A DNA stretch of 64,000 nucleotides from Botryllus schlosseri (taxonomy: Eukaryota): the NCBI GenBank assembly GCA_051294905.1, contig CM119373.1:25792001-25856000 (forward strand), in the 5' to 3' direction. Both the position numbers and the translations under genes were made by a program. A model generated the notes under the pieces. It was given only the letters and a program-made list of their open reading frames with translations. It was not told where the DNA came from and ran no database searches. Positions 37,724 to 50,030 of the stretch are shown piece after piece; position 1 is the stretch's first letter; every line of letters starts with the position of its first letter.

Positions 37724-38319
37724 ATTAATAGATGTGGTGCAAACTGATGTCAAAATAACCTACATTTCGAAATGGAAATTGTGAAGGTAGTTTTTTGCTG
37801 AAATATATTCTAGCTCGAGGGACTATAGTTAGTGTAAGTATAGGCATATGCATATGCATGCTTAAATGCTCTGAAAGAGTAGAAGTACTAGCTAGTGACC
37901 TAAAATTGTTGTTATTTTCAGTTGCGGAGCTGGCGCTGTCACGACAGAAATGTGCACCTGATTGTTTCAGCCGGAACCTTCATGTAGATTTTTGACTGTT
38001 TCCATATCGAAAATTAGTAAGAGTTTTATATCGTTGGTAAGTCGAATATAGTCGGCCCGGCATAAGCCTGGGATATTTTCAGAACTCACGCCGAATCTGA
38101 TGCGACCCGAATCCGAGAAGCAGGACCAGACCCCCGCCAACGTCTATCCAAAATTCAGCTAAACATACGTTTCCAGGCATCGATTCGATCTGTTCCAGGG
38201 CACCGTTCAAAGGCCGACCGATGACACAATTGTATTCGACTCAGTACCGTGAGTGCCCATTTAGGTCAATGACGCCCATATTTGCTACCGAAATCAGAAT
38301 ATATGCCTGTCACCTAGAC

Positions 38320-38775
38320 CAGTGGTTTTCGACCTGTGGTAAGCCAAGTCATTTCAGGTGGTACGCATTCAACGCATTTCATTTTAAATAAAATTTTAGT
38401 TTTCACACCTCGGTAACGTAATTTTTTACTAATTTAAGAAATGTCTTCATCGAATGCAACAAGTAATACTTCGAGTCATTCGAATCCACACCGACCAAAT
38501 CAGCTTGTGGTGAAGAAACAATTGCCAACATCACTATACACCAGTAGAGTAGTAGAGCCATTGTTAAACTGTGTTATCAATAATTGTGGACGGATTAGCT
38601 CACGGGCCGCATATGTGTCGAAATGTACGCGCCGATTTTTTTGCTAGATCACCCATGTTAATACTTCTATGTATATAAATCTCGAATAAAGTTGAGTTTT
38701 TGGTTAATATGTCGGTACCTGACATTTCATAGAACTCGAGGTTGTACGCGATAGCAAAAAGCCCAAGAACCACTG
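38320..38775 (+). mobile_element. Older hAT-type MITE, 456 bp
   Basis: Ends CAGTGGTTTTCGAC / GCCCAAGAACCACTG; subterminal GGTGGTACGC and GGTTGTACGC; flanks ACCTAGAC / ATATAGAG (5/8, TA-centred). Confidence 0.6.
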
Positions 38776-38853
38776 ATATAGAGACGGTACAGATCGACAA
38801 TCAGTGTACAAATCCATCTTGTGATGTCATAGTCGTGATTATCGTAATATAAT

Positions 38854-39105
38854 CAACAGGTGCAACACCAACGGGTTGCGGGTTCGAGTCCGACCGAGAT
38901 CGACTCCAGAATTCATACCCAAATGTTGGAGGTACATCCTGGCTTTTCCCCACCAACTCATCCTTGTAGGCTGTGTCCTATCAAAGCCTAGAAGTGAGCC
39001 GTGCTACAGCCGCAGCTACGGAATAAAAATGAAAAAAATTCGCCTGATGTGAATTAACTTAGTAGTGTACAAACACTATGGATACCAAAACAAATTAACC
39101 GTGCG
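38854..39105 (+). mobile_element. tRNA-derived SINE (copy 2)
   Basis: Perfect Pol III B-box GGTTCGAGTCC (38881-38891); colinear with 44727-44996 through CGACTCCAGAATTC, AAAGCCTA, GCAGCTAC.GAATAAAAA and AAACAC.ATG.ATACCA; A-box eroded. Confidence 0.75.
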
Positions 39106-39336
39106 GAGACAATAACATGAAGTGATGTCCATGACATGAATCAATGGAGATAGCATTTGTGGTCTGGTATCGGTTCGTGTGGCCAGTACTACCCCAAGTA
39201 GTCAGCGTTGCTACTGCAGCTGAAGTAGCGATTTTAAAACATGTCAAAACTACTTGAAGTGGCAGTTAAAAATGCACTTCATAAAAGTATTCAAGTAGGT
39301 TCTTCAAGGGAAGATTTGCCTTATGGTTCGCATGCC

Positions 39337-39457
39337 ATTGGTCGCGTACTAATCGGCGGTGGCTATTATCGCCATTGGAGGGTGCGTTTATGCGACCAAG
39401 CAGTATATGACTAATGGCCCTATAAAAGTGGCGCGATTTTCGGAAATATTTTCAGTT
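39337..39457 (+). promoter_or_regulatory. Candidate Pol II core promoter (two reverse CCAAT boxes, TATA box, Inr)
   Basis: ATTGG at 39337 and 39374, TATAAAAG at 39421-39428, TCAGTT (Inr consensus TCAKTY) at 39452-39457 with putative +1 at 39454, 33 nt after the TATA start. No transcript evidence. Confidence 0.3.
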
Positions 39458-42400
39458 AATGTGACACATATCGCCCGGTTTTTGCGACAATATGTCTTGT
39501 AAACGTGATGCAAACATTTTCCAAATCCATTTTGTAACTTCCAAAATCCAAACGTTAAAATCGTTAAAGTAGTCTTGCTTGGGAAACTAGCAGTACAGAC
39601 TTGGAAGTAGTATTAAATATAAACAGTTTACTAAGTTGTGCACGTAGGAAAAAACCGCCTGTGCATTCCTAATACCTTGGCAAACCCGCGACCATATAGC
39701 CGCAGTCGCATCAAAGTGACTTAAGTCCATTTTACACATCTTGAGAAAATTGACTTTACTTCAAGTTTTTATCTTCTTTCGGCCATATATTGGACCGTAT
39801 TACCTTCGAATTATTGAGACAGACATAACAATGGCCAAGATATTGCCGAAAGAAATTGAAAATTTTCAAAAACCATATTTTTCTGAAGTTATGAAGACGG
39901 ACCTTCAAAATTTGAAAACTGGACATAGGCTACTTTGATACCACTGCGATGATATTTGGTGCATGATATCTCCACTCCCACAATGCTGGTCTATTCGTGA
40001 TGAGGATTATACCCAGCTTACAAGATTTTGTTTCCTGGAAGCCAAATGTTGCTTGAAACCGGTATTGTGACACGAAATTGCTAATTCGCATGTGAAATGG
40101 ATGTGGTATTTGTGTTTAGTGATTGAAGGAGTGGCCCGTTTGCTCGTGTTTTGTAAACGATGGCGTCCCGTTTGACACTGTCATTCCCCGCTTCATCTTC
40201 TTTCCTGGGTGCGCAGTTTCATTTCTATTCGACGGTCATAGGAACTTAACGATTGACCGTTTTTACGCAGTAGTAGCGTGAACTTTTTTGTCGCAGCTGC
40301 GGCGTGAATATGACTGGAAATGGTGCACTCGCGACAGATTACTGGCGCTACTAAGTCGGCAGCTGAACCGATGCACGTTTTCCGGCGTGGGCGTCGACGG
40401 CAAATATAAGGCGACAAAGTGACGAATTGGTTTGCGGTCGGTTATTTCGTAAAAGCCAATGAAATGTGACGATTGTGTTCCGGGTGTCTTGGTGCCCCTA
40501 TAAATATTTTGATATCACGTATGCAGAAGCAGCAATTACCGATACATGTCAAATCTACTTCCAAGTGAAATATATAAAAGGAAAGTCCTGAGAGTAATCA
40601 AGAAAGTAATTTCAAATGGTAGACTTCATCCAGGGGTGGCATAGATTTAGTAGTTAAAAATATAAAAATGCTATGCACTAACCGCGATACAGGGGATATT
40701 TTAGTATCAGTCGAAAATAAAGGATAGGCAAGTAGTATGAAAGGTAGGTTGGCGTCGGATACTTTTAGCAGATAATAAGCGGTCGATACTTTCAAAATTA
40801 TATGTTGTATCGTCGCGACTAACGAAAAATGACTTCTGACTTTACGAATATAGGCGCAATGTTCGAGAATATATTCCGATACCATGATACATGGCCTACT
40901 AAAAATAGTAGGCCATGCATGATACAAGGGCTATCCCGCATGTTTTTAGGTCAAGTGCATTCCTAAAACGATACAAACTACCGCAAAACTTACTTATAAT
41001 GTTCAAGATACAAATTGAACATATAGTATCGCGGAAACACTGTTCAAGTCGAAGTGGGACTAGTTACTAGTACAACAACACAACCAGTTGATTAAGTAGT
41101 AGGCTACGTGCTGGAGTAATCTGAAAATGATTAGTACTTCTTTGCTGACTATCTCTATATATGGACGATTCAATTTCCCAAACACCGGCGCAGTCTAGGA
41201 AGCTAAGATAAGGCATCCTAGTCTCCCCGCAATTAGACCATGAAAATGTGCTGTCGTCGTTGTCTTACACGTTACAATGGGCCTGTGACGTCATTATCCT
41301 GATGCGGAATTTTTGCCCGCCTCAAAATGAAATCCTGACTTCATCCATGCCACTGTCATGCCTCCTTCATGTTTCTCTTCAAACGTTGTTACGTCATAGT
41401 GTATATCAATTTATTGTTCGAAATATCGTGCTGTAATTATCACTGTGCGTCCTTGAAACGTATCGCAGATATAAGCGCGCTTAGTTTTCGAAATTGGTTC
41501 CAATCGAAGCGACTGCAGAATATACACCTCAATACAACACGCTGTCAACCACCAAAATAATATCATGAATTTCTCCTATTCCAATCGTCATATCCTCGTA
41601 GTTAAACTTATGAATAAGATATACAAAGTGTATGCCCTATTCCGGTGTGTGTTTACCGTGTATATATGAATGTCACGTGAGTATAGCCTACTCATTATTA
41701 TTGACTCCGTTAATTCCTACCGTTGCAGGTTCAACCAGGGGCGCAAGCGTACATACATCAAGTGCCGGCGATAAATACTCATCTCATCGTCGGATCTGCA
41801 CAGGCAACACATAACAGTAAGTGTATGCGTTCTTTGCGCGCCAATCTTTAAGCAGGAATTAGCGCGTAATCTCGGGCCCAATCAATCCCTGTACGAAGGG
41901 TCAATGCATTCTAGAATGACTAAAAAACTGAAATGATTATCATAATTGCATCAGCAATTAGAATTTATGCGGCGCTGGACATAGATTGAAATATCCTATT
42001 AATTACGGGCTTGCACTAAACAAACACTGCACTTCATCAAAGGCAGCGGCGTTCCCGTCGAATGCAAGGTAAATTCTTAAAACCCATACGTGTCATTAAC
42101 AAACGAGGCGCAGATGTTGGTATCCTACACTGCACCCGTGTGTTTACTATGCTTTTTACAAGTAAAGCGATCAATTATAAGTCAAAATACACGACTCGAG
42201 ATAAGCACACTATACCTTACTCGTTATCGGTGTTAGTAAAATTTTTGGAAAACCCCCTATTCGACCATTTTTCACACATGCTCTATTGTAACTGACCTAT
42301 ATCGCACTCGGGTTGGATAGTGCGGAGTGGTCGTACGACATTTGTTGCAAACGCATAACTGGTGAGATGCTTGTTATTAGCAATTTCATTTCCTGAGAAT

Positions 42401-44259
42401 TCTCGAACACTAGTTCTCATGAACGTGGTGTGTTTGTCGGTCAAATAGTGCCAGTTACTTCGTGAGTGATCTATCATTTTTCGTGACGATTTTGTGGCAG
42501 ATAGGAAACCGCAAGCTCTGAAACGGCGCTTGCTATTTGCACAGTCACACTCGGTCCCGATTCAAACTATCGTTTGAGAGCAAATCCGATTAATCAAATG
42601 AGCATTCCGCACAGGTCTTATGGAGATAATGTAGGCAAATCACGTGGTTTGTGATGCTGCTTTATTCGCTGTACCCGCTGCTCGCACCGCAGCAAAGGGT
42701 GTGTTAAAGGCTACCTATATCGTAATTAGCGCAATGTTTAATAATTACGTCTGGGAAACATCGATTAAATTGGCAATTCGATTTCGATTCGAGTTGAGCA
42801 TTCAGGCATCAACTAATATGACGCCATTGCAAAAAGGTTAACTTTGTGAGTTTCATATTTCATACGCATCAGTGGGCACAAACAAAATAATGATACTTCG
42901 CAGCAACGATAATTTGGTATTTATTCACCACGACTATGGTCATTTAGTAGCGCTTTATGACGGTGCTGCTCTGCGATCAACATTTCCCACGAATCATTAT
43001 ACCACGAACATGCTTACTGCGCCGCCCTGTGTTACAATACGTCACTTGTTTTGGACACTGTGATATGACAGACCGAGGTTTCAGGCTCCCGCGGAGGGAC
43101 GAAAGTATCGACGCTAAAGAATTTCCGTTTATAAATTTACTCTCAGTGCGAAAGGCGCGTATAAACTCGTTACTCGACAATATCTGCTCCAACTATTCCA
43201 CTCGAATCGCTGTGCCCAGTCTTAATGAGCAACTCATACGTAAAGTAGATTGAGATTTGAAGAGTAATTACGTGTTACGGTTGTGACTTTGACATTACTT
43301 GATGATTACCGTTTGAAATTGAATCGCCGTGGCCTATAGCATATATATTGCAACTAGAGCTATAAGCATGTTATCTTGACTCTTCCAAGTATTTCGAAAA
43401 AGTAGAAGTATTCGTCACTGATAACTTACGGCTATATCTATTATTGACTTTCTTGCTCTTCCAGTAGCTCCAAATTGTATTACATGGCGTATTCTGAAGA
43501 GTAACGTGTAACGTCACAGCGATGCTAGAAAACTAAGTCGAGCTATATTATTTAAATCGCAATCGAATCACCTAGGTATTTAAGTCTTCCAGCCATAATG
43601 ATGCTACAAGCTACACTATATACACACGCTAGGACAGAGTGTTTAAATGACTTTTCTTGAAAATGACATCATACTACTCATGTAGAAATTGGGTTGACTT
43701 TTATTATTTCAAAGTGAATTCAGCAACTAAACATTTCTTGAAATACGTGGTCGTGTCCTGAAAATCCGCGCCTTCGATTTGATATAATAACGAGTGCTGA
43801 AAATCCATTTAGACAAAGAAAGGTGGGGACGAATGTAATAATAACGGGTAACGCTTCCGACGACACAATTGGGCATGATCGCACCAACAATTTTTCTATT
43901 GAACATATAAAGTCACGCCTTTTCATTTCTATTTAGCAGCTAATCTTGAAGTTATTATGGAGAGCGGTTATGTATATCACAGGAGAAAATGGATTTTTGT
44001 AAACATTTCCAAGTGACCATGATTGACCTTACTAATGAAACTATTTATCTTTTACAAAATCCTCAACAAAACATCTCTATACAGCAAAATATTTGTATCA
44101 GTAGGCTCTTGGAAATTTAGCAGCTAAAATGAGTCTGCACAGCAGGATATTTCCTCTTTGACGGCCATTCTGTTTATGTGAGTTCTACTAGTGATGAAGA
44201 TAAACCGCCTCGTGATTTTCCTAATTAAAAAAAAATACGAATTAGGTTATGAACGATCT

Positions 44260-44323
44260 TGTAAATTTAGAGGCTTCGCGGGCCACCTGAAAATGCTTCA
44301 CGGACCCCGGTTGAGAACCACTG
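44260..44323 (+). mobile_element. Orphan hAT right end related to the 2295-3793 family
   Basis: TCGCGGGCCAC..CCCCGGTTGAGAACCACTG; no left end with the matching flank GTTTAAAG found. Confidence 0.65.
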
Positions 44324-44371
44324 GTTTAAAGATTTAACTAAAGCTTCAATGGAACCTCGTTTAGGACAAAC

Positions 44372-45095
44372 TAGGACCTGGGTGATTCGAATCTGAGTCG
44401 AGTGCTCGACTACTATCGAGTACGACGTCATAACTGTAATAATGACTTGAATATATTCATAGTTTCAATTGCAATCCTTTTGAGGGCACAAGAAGAAGAA
44501 TGTTAATTACATGTCATCTAAAATTATTTCATATTTCGTAGCGCCTTGTCGTAGTGAGGGTTGATCACTATTACTTGACCTGGATTTCTAGCCATGAATA
44601 TTAGCATCCTCGTGCAATATGTTTTTGGGAGCTGAGACAAGTCTAACCGAAGCTTCGTGGTTGCAGCGGCAGAACCGAAGTATTGAAACTATATTTTAAG
44701 ATATTTAAATATTACATATGTGACGTAGGGTGCGAAGTAGGGGAGTGGTATAAACCACAGCTGCGACACCAGTGGGTTGCGGGTTGGAGTCCGACTGAGG
44801 TTGACTCCAGAATTCCTGTTGGGGTTTATCTAGTCTGCTCCACGCCATCTCAACAGTGTAAGCGGTGTCAGATAAAAGCCTAAAACTGGGTCGTGTTACA
44901 AGACGGCAGCTACAGAATAAAAAGGAAGAAAATCTGCCTGGTGTAAATGACCATAGTCGGCGATAAACACCATGAATACCACAAAGAAACAGACGCAAAG
45001 TGGTATATTTTAGTTGCCTGAAAAAATTGACTCACACTATGGATTCGAATCAATATATATTCAATATTCGACTCGGATTCGAATACCCGAACCTA
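44372..45095 (+). mobile_element. Possible TAGG-terminated TCGA-repeat MITE interrupted by a SINE
   Basis: Left TAGGACCTGGGTGATTCGAATC and right GGATTCGAATACCCGAACCTA are imperfect inverted repeats with TCGA-rich subtermini; no TSD recoverable. Confidence 0.4.
44727..44996 (+). mobile_element. tRNA-derived SINE (copy 3, most complete)
   Basis: A-box TAGGGGAGTGG (44738-44748) and B-box GGTTGGAGTCC (44782-44792), each one mismatch from consensus, 44 nt start-to-start as in tRNAs; body colinear with 38854-39105. Confidence 0.8.
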
Positions 45096-46145
45096 CTCGC
45101 AATCGAATCAGTCTACTACATGTATTATCCCGGCTCTAATGACCCCACAAGTCCAATCTCCGCAAATGGAATGCCATGCCACCTATAGTGAAAATCACAT
45201 TGCAAACTCTCCACGCTGAAGACAGCGTCATTTTACCGCGAAGGTAATATAATCCAAACGATGTCATGTATTTCCGGTAGGCAATTTGCGTTGAAAGTTT
45301 GATAGGTTCTCGTACTGGCTTCTATTTCAATTCCACACTAACGGCTTTCTGGAAAGCGTAATGCTAAAATAGCGCATTTGTCTTCCCGGGCGCGACACGT
45401 TTCAATTACCGTAACAGGCGTGTTTTACGACCCGCGCTGTTTACGGTGTAACGCAAGCAGATTGATAGCGCCATTCGAACTCCGCAGGAACCTTTTCACC
45501 TCAACGCCATGAGAACTGACCTAATCAGTCTGATGTTTAGCGTGCCGTCAACATGACGAAACACAAGCCCGCCTTTTTACGGCCCGCTCGGTCGTCTGTC
45601 TTCATTAAGCCGCGGGCTCAGTGCAGTAATGCGCCCCGGTGATTTTCACAACTAACACAAAGCGCAGCGATATTAAGACGCATCGATTGCCCGATCGGGC
45701 CACGTCGCATTATTGCGCTAGCAAATTCGTTCATTTCCGCGAAAGATGAAGGGATGAGAGCGATAATTAGCTTTTAAGACGACAATCTTGTTGGTGTGTT
45801 TAACCAAGTTTTTCGTACCTCATTAAGCAGTGGATTTATCCTTCGCATTTTCAGCGTGCTCCAAAACACAAATCAGCCGGTGTAACGTCGAAGCGCTTAT
45901 GCCGCTGTTGAATAATAAAAAATGATAGCCTTTTAACGCCTACCCGAAACGACCTCCACTGCGTTTCTTATGGTGTGTTATGATTGTCTCGTAAAAATTG
46001 TGTTAGTGATTGACTCTTTAAAGGAGTATTCCCGTTAACACCTCGTAAATGGCCCTTTCTCCGTAATGCCGAATACACGTTATGTATTCGCATATTGGTT
46101 TCGACAACACCAGACTCTCACAGGATATCTGTTGTTGTTATTAAA

Positions 46146-46803
46146 CAGACGTGGTAGAACTAGTCATAGAAGAATAAGCGATTTTTTAAACTTGTCAAAA
46201 CTATGATTGCAAATTGGAAGAGAAGGCATGAAAATTCGTTTGAAAAACCGGAAGATTTTGACCTAAAAAATCAATTTGGAAATTTCTGACCAAAAGACAC
46301 TTAATTTTGACCAAATTTGATCTCGCGTACGCAAGTTAGGTGTTTGCGCACATAATGTTAAAATTGTACTACTTATCTTCATTTCTGGTTGGAACTGTCT
46401 GTCCTTGCGAGGTAGTTTGGTCAGAAAAAACGTTTTTCACTTAGAAACTGACAAATTTTGACACGAAAGAACTTGTATTTTAACTGGCCCAATGAAGAAT
46501 TCCATTAGTTACACCACGTATTGTGGTAGAAATAATTAAAATTTGTTGTAGTACAACGAAAGATACTTTCCTACAATCTAGGGTAAAAAGTGTCTCCTTG
46601 CTAAGTAGCTGGCCAAGAATGGAAAAAGTACGTTCAAGGGCAGCAGTTGTTTGATGACAACACTGAAGTTGTGCGTGAATTGCGGGTGAAACACCGTGTT
46701 CCTTCATTCTGGCAATGTTGTCTACATCACAATTTTTCATCATGCGCTTCCTGATATAAGATCCATGCAATGCCCAAGCAGTCTTGCTTCAGTCAGGATA
46801 TTG
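46146..46803 (-). mobile_element. hAT-like transposon 3' portion (copy A): transposase C-terminus plus AT-rich subterminal region
   Basis: Colinear with about 57905-58825 over several hundred bp; putative terminus CAGACGTGGTAGAACT at 46146. Confidence 0.75.
46536..46790 (-). pseudogene. hAT transposase C-terminal (dimerisation-region) remnant
   Basis: YIRKRMMKNCDVDNIARMKEHGVSPAIHAQLQCCHQTTAALERTFSILGQLLSK, then after a frameshift HFLP*IVGKYLSLYYNKF*. The T/S-x-x-x-E-R-x-F-S motif carries the catalytic Glu of hAT transposases. Confidence 0.75.
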
Positions 46804-47929
46804 CATACATACATATAATCACTTGATTAGGAAGAGCCAAGTAGGTAGAGTATACTTCAATGCTCATAAAATGACCACTTTTGGTAGCTACTTGCATTAT
46901 ATAGTGCAGAAATCGACATATCAAAGTCATTATCAAATGTGTGTTTATAGCTTTGCAGATATTGTATATTCAACATTGTGAGGATTTTTCATTGTTGTGA
47001 CGTCGCTCACTGCTTAACAGTGGCACTTGGAATGGTAATAGATATGAAATAGTTTGAAACCAACGTCGCCTTCCGAATCGCAGGCATGATACCATTTTGA
47101 CACATTTTACATGCGAGCTTTATTATACAACAATCGAATTACGGCGTGGCAAATCGGGAATGGAGATTTATGACGAATCCACACTGCTAATTCTAATCAA
47201 ACAGAGCACGCGTATTGACTAAGCTCCATCATCCGTAAGACAACAATGCCTCACTTGATATCATCCCACGGGCCGTTAACTGTATTTGAGGCGCGCTCTA
47301 ATCTTACTCCAGAGATAATTCCGCAGCTAAAAGGTATAATAACAAATCTTTAGGTTGTAATACTACACTAAAGCCGGCCATTGTTGCGGGATGGCGTTCT
47401 AGTGCTTTACGCCCCGTTACGAAATCCTAGCGGCTGTAGGTTAATCTGCTAGGGCGCAGTTTAGCGAGTTGGGTATAGCCTGCGGAATATCATACAAGCA
47501 GTTCATAATCCATCTGCATCAGATGACCGATCGTTTTCGATAAGAGTTGAATAAACCAGGCGCGTCAGACCCTCGTGTAGGCGCGTAGGTGGCCTGCGAG
47601 GCGACAGCTAATAGCATTCCGTGTGTCGACAGATAACGATATACATTATTCCCACAGCTTTTCAAGCATATACACCGAAGGGTTTCGGTAATTGGCCGTG
47701 CGCGTTGCCAAGATGTTGTTTTGGTTTGTGGAGTATTAAAATCAGAGATTAATTGACGCGTATAGGTGGTCAGTAACGGAGTACGTCTACTTTGCCGGAG
47801 TACATCCATAATATACTGAATTTCTATTTGAAGACTCTTTTGACAATGATGCTCACTATTAACACTTTGACTTTTGAAAAGTAGATATTATTTTTGAGAT
47901 GCGTTTTCGTTGCCTTCAGGAGTAAAATG

Positions 47930-48478
47930 CAGGGCTGTGGAGTCGGAGTCGGGAGTTTCATAAAATTTTCTCTTGTCGTCGGCGAAGTTGAAGTCACAGA
48001 AAATTTGTAACACTCCTTAGAATCGGAGTCGGAGTTGAGGAAGCACATACTTTAGCTGGCGTCGAAGTCGGACTTTGTTAAAAGGCCCCGTCTCCGACTC
48101 CAACTCCACGTATTTCGAACTCGAACCATATGTTACCAAGAAGTACCATTGCAGTTACAGGAGTCGTCACGTTCCCAAGTTTTCGAAACATCACAACGTT
48201 AATATTCTACTGTGAGTACAGTATTCGTAATTTTTGTGAACCATACGAGTCTAAAAGATGTAAAAGATGTATAATTTCCAGAGTAGACTTATAGGAATGT
48301 CGTAGTCGGTGTCGGAGTTCTTTAAAGATAGTAATATTAGGAGTCGGAGCTGGAGTCGGAGCTGGCGAATTTAAAATTCCCGGAGTCGCGGTCAGAGTCG
48401 GGGACGGTAAAAAGAAAGTGTGTGGCGTCAGAGTCGGAGTTGAAGTCGGCGTTGAAAGGAACCGAACCCACAGCGCTG
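47930..48478 (+). mobile_element. CAGGGCTGTGGAGTC-TIR MITE with GGAGTC repeats, 549 bp, apparently a head-to-tail dimer
   Basis: Left CAGGGCTGTGGAGTCGGAGTCGG; right ACCGAACCCACAGCGCTG; flanks GTAAAATG / GTGATATG (6/8); an internal right-end-like (about 48094-48108) and left-end-like (about 48292-48315) pair. Confidence 0.75.
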
Positions 48479-49980
48479 GTGATATGGTCATAAAAACCGT
48501 GTGAAATAGCCCCGTATCCCGGCTACATATATATATTTCAAGATCGCTCATATTTGCAATGTCATTAGTCGTTCCAAAAGTCAATAGGATACGTCTTGCA
48601 TTTTTGAAAACAGCCACATCCGATTATTATTAACCGCTTGAAATATGTCAAATCATCAGACGTAGTCACTGGTCCGTGAGGACGTACTTGTACTTTTTCG
48701 GATATCTCTATGCCTTGGACGTTGTTGTCCCAAATTGTCTCACATTGGTGAAGTGTCGATTCACGAAACAAATATATATCCAACTTTTCAGTATCCTGCT
48801 GTTTATTACATTACATGCTTACAGTAAGCTTACTGAAAACGTTGCGACGGGGACGATTTGTACGTGCGAAGGGCGTTATAAAGCGGATTAATGATATTAT
48901 GAATTTTAATTAGTGCTCGGGCAAGTCGCAATTTACGAAGGGATCACTAGAAAACAATGCCGTTGTCCAATGCTCTAGAAACCCTACTTCTGTCTATGTG
49001 TTGTGCAGTGTATTGTTCCTGCCTTATCTCCAATTCTCGCTGACTCTTCGCTTCGTACACGCGAACTCCGAGATATCGCGATTGGGCACGTATTCGTCCA
49101 TAGAACAAACATCGAAAGTACGGGCCGTTGTTGAGGCAGTAACGCTTTATCGGCACGCGCATGATTTATTGCCCGTTTCGTCATAATCGAACGGAATATC
49201 TCGATAACAAGTTTCCCGGAGTTTGTCGTGTCACAAGTGGACTATTGTGACGGAAATATCTTGTTTACGTAACGGGCGTCTGGTCGGACAAATATTCGCC
49301 GATAAGGATTTTTCCATTACCCCGTCTGAGGGCCGGTTTCAAGTGCTGTGATAGATCATTTCGTTCCATCGAATGCGGAATAGGCGTCCACCGAGCCGAT
49401 TGTCTCCTCAAAAAACACTCAACAAATTATTTCTTGAATTACCAAAACAGCGATTCCCCGGTAAAGCATAAAGAGTCGTTGCCAGTTGATGGCGAATATA
49501 AACATTTGGTTGATTGATAAGCACGTAAGCCACGTATACGGTGTTGTTATGGGCGCGGCGAATGGCATCCAAGTTTATCCATAATTGACCTGGACGCTAT
49601 GTAAACCCCAACACCGTATTGAGGCCAATAATGGCCAGGTACTAATCACTCCTACTTTTTAATAGTATACTAGCTCGTTTTGCCTATAGTTGCACTTTAC
49701 TTACTCGTGTTATTATGTATTTAAACAACTTTCACTTCTACGTGATATGTTTGGGCAAAATTACTTACTTTCTGGAGTTATTATTTTTTTAAGTAAGTTT
49801 GCATATTCCTTTACGATTGAAATTGTCCTACCAACTGAGCGGAATAATCCCTACACCGCGGATGGATTTTATCTTCGCGATTCACTCTTATCACCCGCGC
49901 CTTCAAAAGTTATCATCTCCGATTAGCACTTAATAATATGCGAATCCTCGAACAAATCTACTTCTGGAAACTGCTTACTT

Positions 49981-50030
49981 CAGTGATTCCCAAACTTTTT
50001 GTTGTCACGGACCCCTTTAAACAAATTAGA
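49981..50030 (+). mobile_element. Orphan hAT-MITE left end
   Basis: CAGTGATTCCCAAACTTTTT..CACGGACCCCTTT; same TIR class as 35550 and 16986; no partner with a matching TSD found. Confidence 0.55.

Noticed and set aside
41369-41560. ORF containing NWFQSKR, resembling homeodomain helix 3 (WFQNRR)
   Set aside because: Spacing from the upstream Leu is four residues short, invariant Asn51 is Ser, the basic C-terminal tail is missing, and the nearby AG is not in the phase of the common homeobox intron.
38320-44323. Pairing the 38320 left end with the 44323 right end as a 6-kb autonomous hAT
   Set aside because: Flanks ACCTAGAC and GTTTAAAG match at only 3/8, a nearer right end exists at 38775, and there is no transposase ORF between them.
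48207-48617. 136-aa Pro/Thr-rich ORF
   Set aside because: It is the antisense translation of GGAGTC(G) repeats of a MITE.
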